This document shows, piece after piece, positions 52,771-64,000 of a stretch of 64,000 nucleotides of DNA. The notes below the pieces were generated by a model, which saw nothing but the letters and a program-made list of their open reading frames with translations, did not search any database and was not told the origin of the DNA. A program made the position numbers and the translations under genes. Source of the stretch: the human T2T-CHM13v2.0 reference genome, Homo sapiens; assembly GCF_009914755.1 (NCBI RefSeq), contig NC_060926.1. One strand, written 5' to 3'. Numbering within the stretch: position 1 is the stretch's first letter; the number at the start of each line of letters is the position of its first letter.

Positions 52771-54062
52771 CAAATTAATCAGGGGCTAATTTAGGTTCCT
52801 TAAAGATAGTGATTTAGTACATGCTGGCTCTTCCTGCCATCTTCCTTCCCCACAACAATAATGCTGAAAAAATTTAGAAGTTAGAGGGAGGTACTGACTC
52901 CAAGAAATAACCAAAAAACAGTGAGAAGCCCTTGGGAGAACTGAAGGCTGCCTTAAAGTGGCAGGCAAAGGAAAGTGAGTGTCAATGGGCAGCCTGAGCT
53001 GACAACGAGAGGCTAGGCTATGAGAAGGCTTCCGAACTTTATTATTCTCCACTTTCTTCCCTGTCTGCCTTGAGATAGAGCCAGATCCTTCAACCTAGAA
53101 TAGAAAAGCTTGCCAGGGTAAGGAGTTGATGAGCAGCTGCCCTTGAAATGCTCTCCTCTAACATCTCTCTCTGGTCCTCCACAGTCCTAGGGCTACTGAA
53201 CTATGATTTAGGAAGACACCTTTGTCCCACGATGCTTCTGCCTAAGCATTGTCAGTTAAGAGTGGTGACAAATATGGGGCAATCAATAGTTTTTATGTGT
53301 ATGTATGGAACTGGGGCTCTCCATTTTGGGGATTATCTCTCCTTTTAAATTCACAAGAAGAGACAAAGACCAGGGCTTGGCCTTCTGCCCTTCTCAATAC
53401 GCATTACCAGACAGTAGCTCATAAGTTCACACACCCAAGTAACATGATATGTTTGGAGTAAATTAATTGGATAACACACACAATGTTGTGATAGATTGTA
53501 ATGTGGTCTATTGCCATGGTCAAACTTGGAACAGAATGTTGAAGAGAAGTGACAGGAATAGATCTCCTTGTGTTGTTCTTGATGTAGGGGGAATTTTTTC
53601 ATTCTTTCACCATTAAGTACGATGTCAGCCTTCAGGTTATCATAGATGCTCTTTATTAGGTTGAAGAAAATCCCGTCTATCCTAGTTTGTTAGGCATTAT
53701 TATCATGAAAGGATGTTATTATCTCAAATGTTTTTTCTGTGTTTATTGACTTGATTATTGGTTTTCCCTGTATTGATTTTTTCAATGTTAAACCAACCCT
53801 GCATTCTTGAGATAAATGTCACTTGGTCATGGTGTACACTAGATTCTTTTTATAATCTATTAGCATTTTGTGGAGGATTTTTGCGTCTATATTCAGCAGA
53901 AGTATTTGTCTATATTTTCTTGTAGTGTCTTTGTCTGGTTTTGGTATTAGGGTAATACAGATCTAACAGACTAAGCTGGGAATTGTTTCCCTTTCTATTG
54001 TTTGGAAGAGTTTGGGAATAATTGGTATTAATTCTTCTTTGATTGTTTCATAGAATCCTTAA

Positions 54063-54399
<337 letters not shown>

Positions 54400-55052
54400 A
54401 CTTTCTGGCAAGTTTTTAAATGACTAATGCAAACATTTCACTTGTTATAAGTCTATTCAGATTTTCTATTTCTCCGTGAGTCAGTTTGTGTATTTTGGGT
54501 CTTTCCGGAAATCTGTCCATTTCAACTAAGTTAATGAATTAGCATACAGTTGTTCATAAAATTGCCCTGTAATCTTCTTTCTATAAAGTTGACAGTAATG
54601 TCACCTCCTACATTCCTGATTTTAGTAATTTGAGTCTTTTCTGTTTATTCCCTGGTCAGTATAGCTAAAGGTTTGACAATTCGATCTTTTCAAAGAACCA
54701 ACTTTTGGTTTTGTTGATTTTGTTATGTTTTTCTATTCTGTATTTTATTTATTTCCTCTAGTTTTTATTATTTCTGTTTGCTTTAGTTGGCTCTTTTGCT
54801 AGTTTTTTTAGGGAGAAGGTTAAGTTTCTGATTTGAGATATTTTGGTGTGTATATGTTTCCTTCCCAGCAATGTTTTTGCTGCATCCCGTAAGTTTTGAT
54901 ATGTTTTGTTTTTGTTCATCTCGAAGTATTTTCTAATTTCCCTTTTGATTTATTCGATTCACTGATTATTAAGGAGTATGTTTATTATCCCAAGACTTTT
55001 TTGATTTCCAATTTATTTCAGTAGAAAATTAAGACAGAGAACATACTTTGTA

Positions 55053-55276
55053 CAGGACGAGTATCCCTCTTACCTGAAATGCTTGGAACCATGAGTGTTT
55101 TGAATTTCAGATTTTTTCAGATTTTGAAATATCTGCATTACACTTATCAGTTAAGCAACCCTAATCTGAGAATCTGCAATTCTTCAATAAGCATTTCCTT
55201 TGAGCATCATGTTGGCACACAAAAAAATTCAGATTTTGGAGCATTTTGGATTTTCAGATTAGGAATGTTCAGCCTG
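55053..55276 (+). mobile_element. Tigger4a/MER46A MITE
   Basis: caggacgagtatccc...ggaatgttcagcctg inverted ends with TA duplication. Confidence 0.8.
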
Positions 55277-58006
55277 TATTGTTTAAATCCATTTAAAATT
55301 ACTAGTGTTTGTATTATGGATTAGCATATGGTCTATCTTGGAGAACATTCTACATATGCCTGAGCTGAATAAGTATTCTGTTGTTGAGCATGGTGTTCTA
55401 CAGATGTCTACAAGTCAAGTTGGTTTATACTTTTTCCAAGTCTTCTATATCTTTATCTTCTGCCTAGATGGTATAGCCATTATTGAAAATGGGGATACTG
55501 AAGACTGTCATTATTACTGTCGCATTGTGTATTTCTCCCTTCAGTTCTGGCAGTTTTGCTTCATATATTTTGGGTGAGTCTCTGTTATTAGTTATATATA
55601 TATATGTTTATAATTGTTATATCTCCCTGGATTGACCCTTTTGTAATCATAAAATGTCCATCTTTATTTGTAGTAACTTTTTGGTTTTAAAGTCTGTGTT
55701 GTCTGATATGCTTTTCCCCTAGTGATGCCCTGCTGTACAAGTAGTGGTCACTGGGGAAGGGGTGGTAGACCCTGGTCTTCTCAGCTTGCTCTTCCTAGTG
55801 TGGAACTTATCCTACTAGTGAGGTGAGCAAGATTGGGTTCCCCAGGTTTCAGGCCTGCTGCATCTGGGATACAGCATCTGTCCTAGAGTGGGGTGGGTGA
55901 AGAGAGACCCAGTCCTTTCTGAAATGTGCCTGAAATAGAACTTCTGCAACATAAAGTTGGAGATGATGAGAAATGCTAGCAGCCCTCCCTTCTCAGGGTG
56001 AAACTGCAGTCCCAGAGTATAAACTGGGGTTAGAGGGAGCTTCTATAACAAGGAGCTGGGGCTTGAGGGGTATGTGGTGGGGAGCATAATAGAATAGGTT
56101 GTAGCCCAAATGCCAGAGACTGCCACTGTTCTTATGAAGATTTACAACATTTTTTTGAATGAATAATTTCCTGCAACTTTAATAACTTTTTAAAAAATAA
56201 TTCTCATTAGTTAAAGTACTGTCTGTTGAGGTGGTCCATTGAGCTCCTTACTCCATTCTTAAAATCCCATGCCCTAAGGGTATATTTGCTTCAAGTATTC
56301 GGAAGCTCCATTGTTAGATGCATGCATATTTCGAGTTGTTATTTTTGTGTATCTAAATTAACCCCTCTATATTTATGTAATATCCCCCTTTATTCCCAGT
56401 AATAGTGCTTGTTCTGAAGTTTACTTTGTCCAAATTAACACAGCCCTTTCACGGTTCTTTTGGTTAGTGTTTACATGGTAATATCTTTTCCATCCTTTTA
56501 TTTTTAACTTGTCTATGTCTATCTATCTATCTATCTATATATAAAATATTGTCTATGTCTTTATATATATACACACACACACATATATGTAGGTTTTCTG
56601 CTAGTTGTGTCTCGCTTTTTTATTCAATGTGACAATCTTGGTCTCTTAATTGATGTGTTTAGATTATGTATATTTAATGCAATTATTGATAGAGTTAAAG
56701 TCTATCATCATGCTAGTTACTTTATTTTTTTTACTAACTAGGAAAGCCGTGCCCACAGACTGCACTGGAGAGGTAGGATCCCACAGGAGAGTTTCTCTGC
56801 TTTACCCAGGGAAGCAAAATCCTGGCCAAAAATCATTCTGTGGCTGACGTTCTGTAGATTGCACATTATGAGGTCCACAATCATTCTGTGGCCTAACAGT
56901 TCAGAACAACAACAACAACAAAAAGTGGGAACAGGGTTTGGGTCCTGAGGCAGTGATAGATAGGTATCCAGAAAAGGTCTGTAAGAACATATTTGGAGTT
57001 AGACAGTAGAACTCCTCAAACCAAGAAGCACTCAAATTGTTGAATTCCTCTTGCCTCCGTGGAGACTCAGATCCTTTAAATGACAGGCTCATCAATCCCA
57101 GGTGGGGTTACGACACCATGAAACAATTAGGGAAATGGGTACAAACCACAAGGGGCCTCAAACTACAGCCACGATACTGCAGGAAGCTCAATCGATACAA
57201 TATAGAAGATAAAAGTCTTCTTCCTCAAGCTTCATATAGACATTTACGTAGAAAACAACAGCGCACAGAAATAAAAACATCCTCCTTGCATCCTGAAAGT
57301 TCACCAACTGTATGCTTTCTTAAGAAAAAAAATGCTTTTACAATTCAAATAGACTTCAGGCTAACTGGCAACCATTCATGCACATCCCTGTGAATTCCTT
57401 CTCAATGTTTTTCCTTGTGTAACTTTAGTACAATCAATCTCAGCTAAGATAAAGAAGACAGGATACATAATGGACAGGTAATTTGGGGTATCCTTCAAGA
57501 AGACAGGATTGGAGGTGGCCTCCTGCAGGAGAGGGCTGTGGGGAAAAGAGACAAGTGTGGAAGTGCTAGGAGCCTGGAAGCAGGAGTGGATCAGAATGCT
57601 TGATCTGCAATGCTTCTGAGGCTGGCCCTGCCCTTTCTTCCAGGGATCAAAGAGGAAAGGCATGGGCCACATCCCATAGAAATGAATGAACCCTTGCTCA
57701 GAGGAGATGAGTCATCTACTTATGTTGTTCAAAGTAGCTTGGAGTAACAAGAACAGAGGGAAGCTGTCAGGAAGGACATCAGCAGGCTATTTTAGTCGTT
57801 GCGTGCTCAAACAGGGCAGGCTGCCTCTAGCTCTGGGCAGTCCACACCACAGGAAGCAAAGGGAGCGGGCACTCCTTGGACAGACTTGCTCACAGACCTC
57901 ATAGGTCTGTGAACAGCTTGCCTTCCTCCTCACCATCCTCCGTTCCTTTGGTGACATGAGCAGAATCTAGACCATGGAAAGTACATGACCATTTGTAAAC
58001 TCACAA

Positions 58007-58545
58007 TGTGTTGCTTTTCTATACTATGTAACAAATTACCACAAACTTTGAGGCTTAAAGCAATGCCCGTTCATTATCTTACAATTCTGTAAGAATGCCT
58101 GGTTTATCTGCTCGAGGTCTCACAAGGAAATGCAGGTGTCAGCAAGATGTGTCCTCATCTGAAGCTCAAAGTTCTTTTAAGTTCATTCTGGTTGTTGATA
58201 AAATTCGGGTTGCTTTCAGTCTTTTGCCATATGACCCTACCATTTTCAAAAGCAGCACGAAGAAACTCTCTTGCATCCAATATCTCCCTTACCTCAAATA
58301 CCTGACATTTCTGTTTCTGATTGCTAAAGCCAGATTTTAAAGGTTCGTGGATTAGGTCAGGCTCACCCAAAAAAAATCTATCTCAAAGGTCAATTGATTT
58401 GGGGCCTTAGTTACAGTTTCAAAATCCTCTATAGCAACACCTAGATTGGTGTTTGATTGAATAATTGGGAGAATGTATGTACAGGTACATTAGAGGCCAG
58501 AAATTTTTAGAATTCTGGTCTATCTTAGAATTCTGCCTATCATAA
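58007..58545 (-). mobile_element. MLT1 (ERVL-MaLR) solo LTR
   Basis: tgtaacaaattaccacaaac...ggcttaaagcaa...attatcttacaattctgta; end ttagaattctgcctatca. Confidence 0.78.
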
Positions 58546-59433
58546 GCAGGATATATGACTACTTGGCTGAACAGGTAAAATTTAAAAATAAAACAAAGAT
58601 TTCCAAATGCCTGCCAGTGCTGGTCCTGTTTGTTTCCATTACTGGCTGTCCAAAGACAGAAGTAGGGCCAAAAGGGACAGTGTGAGGTATTTATAAACCA
58701 AGCTGAAGCAGGCATACAGCTGTTCTCTGTGCTGTTGCAGCAGAACTACGAACTGTCCATATTTTCGAATAGTCTGAGGCTCAAAAGAATTAGAAAGCAG
58801 CAGCTATGAATTAGAGACTAGCTTGGAAAGTAAACTGCAATTTTGTGGTCAAGGGCAAGTTTCCTACACCACAGAAAGATGACACTGCAGTGCCAGGAAA
58901 CAGCTGAAGAAATGGCTTAGCAACTGCCCTGAGGCAGACCTTATGAATGACAGTGACACAGCACTCTGTTAAGCATAGTTTTGGGCAGGAAGTCGGGTCA
59001 AATCAATATGCAGTACTTTGTACCACTCAATTACCGCAAAATACTACTATCCTCCTTTCAAAAACATTTTAGATTGAAGGCTGAGCTGGGGAGTTGATGT
59101 AAAATCTTTTATGGAAAGATTGGGTAGGTAGGAATTGAAAAGCTAAGAGGCACCAAGTATCCCTTTAGGGGGCCTATTTGATTTTCTTGGAATACCAAAA
59201 AGTCATCAGAGAAAAATGCCTTTCATAAACTAAATTTATCTTGACAATAAAGACATCTATTTTTAGCAATAGTCTATTCAACGTCCATTTTTTTTATAGC
59301 CATGAAGTACCTACTTTAACCTTCAGATCTGAAATCAAGATTTTCTGAATGTAATAATTATATAAGCCAAAGATTTTAGTAAACCAAGTTTCTACCCAAA
59401 GCATCTTTTACAGCCTGCAATGAATGTCTGGAG

Positions 59434-60104
59434 TGAAACTGCCTTTGCAAAATTAGAACAGTAAGAGAAATCTGACATAGTTGACGCCATCTTGCTTCTG
59501 ACCTCCAAGCTGTCCTTTGTCATTTCTGGGAACAGGCAAAGCTAACTTTGGGAGGAATTTAGTTTATAGTTTAACATTAAAGCAAGGATGATAATAACCT
59601 TTCCCAAAACGAAACTGCTTCTGAAAACTAATGAAAAGCCATGAGGTTAGGGTTATCAGAGGGGCCTGAGATAACCGGACATTGTCTGGGAGATCATAAG
59701 GTTTCTAAATTTCCCAATCACTCCTGTAGGAAGCATTACTACTACAGAACCTAAGGTTGGTCTTTTGAGAGATCCTTTCAGATGTTTGCATTTCTGACAA
59801 CTGGCTGACTCAACCGGTCCTGTGGCCCCCACCCAAAGGCTGACTCAGAGCAGGAGGACCATATTCCACATCCCTATGATTCCATCCTCAACCAATCAAC
59901 ATTCCTCATTCCCTAGCCCCCTGCCCACAAAACTATCCTTGTAAAACCCTAATCTCCAAGCCTTCAGGGAGACTGATTTGAGTAATAACTCTATCTCCTG
60001 TGTGGCTGGCCTCATGTTAGTAAAACTCTTTATTGCAATACCATGGTCTCAGTGAACTGGTTTTGTCTGTATAGCAGGCAGGAAGAATCCATCAGGTAAT
60101 TATA
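59434..60104 (+). mobile_element. LTR8-family (ERV1) solo LTR
   Basis: Starts tgaaactgcctttgcaaaatta...ccatcttgcttctgacctccaagctgtcc; TSD GGAG at 59430-59433 and 60105-60108. Confidence 0.85.
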
Positions 60105-60473
60105 GGAGTTGCTATGGAAACAGAAAAACATTTAACAGCACTGGCATAAAAATGGGGTCGGGGGGGGAGTGGAGAATGGGAGGGGAGCCAGTGGTGTCTA
60201 GATTGCCCCATGGGATTGTTACAAGGAGAGAAGAGGAGAGAAAGGGGGAAAAGAAAAGAGGGGGAGGGAAAGGGAGGAAGGGCAGAGAGAATACAGGTAG
60301 GCTTAAAGAATAAATTTAAACAAAAAGTCTGAAAACAAAGAAAGCTAATTTGATCTGTTTATTGTGAAACAAATTCTACAGGAGAGTAGGAATGATCAGG
60401 GTAATGACAGGAGTCAGCACTGGGGTCAAGAAAGAAGCAAGGGAAATTCTAGATGCACCCTTCCTGAAGGGCC

Positions 60474-60687
60474 TGATACTTTTTAGAAGATGCCATGAGT
60501 TAGAAAGACTCTAACTCCATTTTTGATATTCAACTGTTGATAGTTTTCAAGCCCCAATGATGCCCCTTTACCTTTAGCCCCAAACCTGGGCAAGCCAATC
60601 AAAAAGCCCTTCTCTCTCGGAGCTAGTGAGAAGTTCCAATCATGCAAACCCACTCCAGCCTTGCTCCCCAACCGCAATAAAAACCAA
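60474..60687 (+). mobile_element. Unclassified LTR-like fragment interrupted by the L1PA insertion
   Basis: TG start, CCAAT boxes and AATAAA just before the L1 5' end; family not identified. Confidence 0.35.
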
Positions 60688-63600
60688 TTGCTGGCAAGAT
60701 GGCCGAACAGGAACAGCTCCAGTCTGCGGCTCCCAGCGAGATGGATGCAGAAGGCGGGTGACTTCTACATTTCCAACTGGGACTGGTTAGACAGTGGGTA
60801 CAGCCCACGGAGGGCGAGCCGAAGCAGGGTGGGGCATCACCTCATCTGTGAAGCACAAGGGGTCAGGGAATTTTCTCTTCTACCCAAAGGAAGCTGTCAG
60901 GGACTGAACCTGAGGAACTCTGGCACAGATACTGCGCTTGTCCCATGGTCTCTGCAAGCTGCAAACCAGGAGATTCCCTCCGGTGCCTACCCCACCAGGG
61001 CCCTGGGTTTCAAGCACAAAACTGGGCGGCCGTTTGGGCAGTCACCGAACTAACTTCATGAGTTCTTTTTTTTCCATACCCCATTGGCACCTGGAACACC
61101 AGCAAGACAGAACCATTCACTCCCCTGGAAAGGGGTGCTGAAGCCAGGGACCCAAGTGGCCTGGCTCAGTGGGTCCCACCCCCATGGAGCCCAGCAAACT
61201 AAGATTCACTGGCTTGAAGTTCTCGCTGCCAGCACAGAAGCAGTCTGAGGTCAACCTGTGACAATGGAGCTTGGTGGGGGGAGGGGCGTCCGCCATTGCT
61301 AAGGCTTGAGTAGGTGGTTTTACAATCACAGTGTAAACAAAGTCACAAGTCACGGGGAAGTTCGAACTGGGCAGAGCCCACTGCAGCTCAGCACGGCCGC
61401 TGTGGCCAGACTGCCAGATTTCTCTTCTCTGGGCAGGGCATCTCTGAAAAAAAGGCAGCAGCCCCAGTCAGGGACTTATAGATAAATCCCCAGCTCCCTG
61501 GGACAGAGCACCTGGGGAAAGGGGCAGCTGTGGCCGAAGCTTCAGCAGACTTAAACATCCCTGCCTGGCAGCTCTGAAGAGAGCAGTGGACCTCCCAGCA
61601 CAGCGTTCGAGCTCTGCTGAAGGTCAGACTGCCTCCTCAAGTGGGTCCCTGACCGCCGTGTATCCTCACTGGGAGAAAACTCCCAGTAGGGGCCAACAGA
61701 CACCTCATACAGGAGAGCTCTAGCTGGCATTTGGCAGGTGCCCCTCTGGGAAGAAGCTTCCAGAGGAATGATCAGGCAGCAATCTTTGCTGTTCTGCAGC
61801 CTCCGCTGCTGATACCAAGGCAAACAGCGTCGGGAGTGGACCTCCAGCAAACTCCAGCAGACCAGCAGCAGAGGAGCCTGTCAGAAGGAAAACTAACAGA
61901 AAGGAATAGCACGTCCACTCAAAGATGCCATCCAAAGGTCACCAACATCAAAGACCAAAGGTAGATAAATCCAAAGATGGGGATAAACCAGCACAAAAAG
62001 GCTGAAAATTCCAAAAATCAGAAGGTCTCTTCTCCTCCAAAGATCACAACTCCTCGCCAGCAAGGGAACAAAACTGGATGGAGAATGAGTTTGACGAACT
62101 GACAGAAGTAGGTTTCAGAAGGTGGGTAATAACAAACTCCTCCAAGCTAAAGAAGTATGTTCTAATCCAATGCAAGGAAGCCAAGAACTTTGAAAAAAAG
62201 GTTAGACAAATTGTTAACTAGAATAACCAGTGTAGAGAAGAACATAAATGACCCGATGGAGCTGAAAAATACAGCACGAGAACTTTGTGAAGCATACACA
62301 AGTTTCAACAGCCGAATTGGTCAAGTGGAAGAAAGGATATCAGTGATTGAAGATCAACTTAATGAAATAAAGAGCAAAGACAAGATTAGAGAAAAAGGAA
62401 TAAAAAGGAATGAACAAAGCCTCCAAGAAATATGGGACTATGTGAAAAGACCAAATCTACGTTTGATTGGTGTACCTGAAAGTGACAAGGAGAATGGAAC
62501 CAAGCTAGAAAACACTCTTCAGGATATTATCCAGGAGAACTTCTCCAATCTAGCAAGACAGGCCAACATTCAAATTCAGGAAATACAGAGAACAGCACAA
62601 CAACACTCCTCGAGAAGAGCAACCCTAAGACACATAATCGTCAGATTCACCAAGGTTGAAATGAAGGAAAAAATGTTAAGCGCAGCCAGAGAGAAAGGTT
62701 GGGTTACCCACAAAGGGAAGCCCATCAGACTAACAGCGGATCTCTCTGCAGAAACTCTACTAGCCAGAAGAGAGTGAGGCCCAATATTCAACATCCTTAA
62801 AGAAAAGAATTTTCAACCCAGAATTTCATATCCAGCCAAACTAAGCTTCATAAGTGAAGGAGAAATAAAATCCTTTACAGACAAGCAAATGCTGAGATAT
62901 TCTGTCACCACCAGGCCTGCCTTACAAGAGCTCCTGAAGGAAGCACTAAATATGGACAGGAACAACCAGTAGCATCCACTGTAAAAATATACTAAATTGT
63001 AAAGAACATCAACACTATGAAGAAACTGCAACTAACAGGCAAACAACCAGCTAGCATCATAATAACAGGATCAAATTTACACATAACAATATTAAACTTA
63101 AATGTAAATGGGCTAAATGCCCCAATTAAAGACACAGACTGGCAAACTGAAAAAAGAGTCAAGACCCATCAGTGTGCTGTACTCAGGAGACTCATCTCAC
63201 ATGCAAGGCACACAGGCTCAAAATAAATGGATGGAGGAATATTTACCAAGCAAATGGAAATGAAAAAAAGCAGGAGTTGCAATCCTAATCTCTGATAAAA
63301 CAGACTTTAAACCAACAAAGATCAAAAGAGACAAAGAAGGGCATTATATAATGGTAAAGGGATCAATGCAACAAGAAGAGCTAACTATCCTAAATATATA
63401 TGCACCCAATACAGAAGCACCCAGATTCATAAAGCAAGTTCTTAGAGACCTACAAAGAGACTTAAACTCCCACACAATCTAATAGTGGGAGATTTTAACA
63501 CCCTATTGTCCGTATTAGACAGATCAACAAGACAGAAAATTAACAAGGATATTCAGGACCTGAACTCAGCTCTGGACCAAGCAAACCTAATAGACATCTA

Positions 63601-64000
63601 CAGAACTGTCCACCCCTAATCAACAGAATATATATTCTTCTCAGCACCACATCACACTTATTCTAAAATTGACCACATAATTGGAAGGAAAACACTCCTC
63701 AACATATGCAAGATAACAGAAATCATAACAAACAGTTTCTCAGATCACAGTGCAATCAAATTCGAACTCAGGATTAAGAAACTCACTTAAAACTGCACAA
63801 CTACATGGAAGTTGAACAACCTGCTCCTGAATGGCTACTGGGTAAATAATGAAATGAAGGCAGAAAAAAGATGTTCTTTGAAACCAATGAGAATGAAGAC
63901 ACAATGTACCAGAATCTCTGGGACACATTCAAAGCACTGTGTAGAGGGAAGTTTACACCACTAAATGCTCATCAGAGAAAGCAGGAAAGATCTAAAATCG
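60688..64000 (+). mobile_element. L1PA (L1PA7/8-like) 5' part: 5'UTR, disrupted ORF1 (~61977-63002), start of ORF2 endonuclease (~63060 onward); continues past the window
   Basis: YY1 site caagatggccg; ORF1 RNEQSLQEIWDYVKRPNLRLIGVPE; ORF2 start ITGSNLHITILNLNVNGLNAPIK; stops and frameshifts. Confidence 0.95.

Noticed and set aside
62190-62777. Functional L1 ORF1p
   Set aside because: Frameshift near 62040 and a premature stop at 62777; ORF2 is also disrupted.

Overview
Primate (most likely human) genomic DNA from inside the TMEM131 gene, which runs on the minus strand. I can trace 13 consecutive internal coding exons (47646 to 637; 1504 nt, one continuous frame, about 501 codons), with one GC-AG intron and three very short introns (83, 93 and 97 nt). 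The introns are filled with mobile DNA. The main feature is a two-LTR ERV9/HERV9 (LTR12-type) provirus at 9310-18008 with a CAAT target-site duplication. It has decayed gag/pro/pol, no recognisable integrase or env SU, two tandem tRNA-Arg primer-binding sites, and a young HMGN1 retrocopy with an intact ORF inserted in the proviral sense just upstream of the env TM remnant. Also present are a near full-length Tigger1, several L1s, about 15 Alus, MER DNA transposons and solo LTRs. No prokaryote-type system (CRISPR etc.) or RNA gene was found. Subfamily names come from recalled consensus sequences, not from a search. The most novel-looking items are the ERV9-HMGN1 cassette, the double PBS, the asymmetric LTR pair and a local DNA-level copy of an Alu half.
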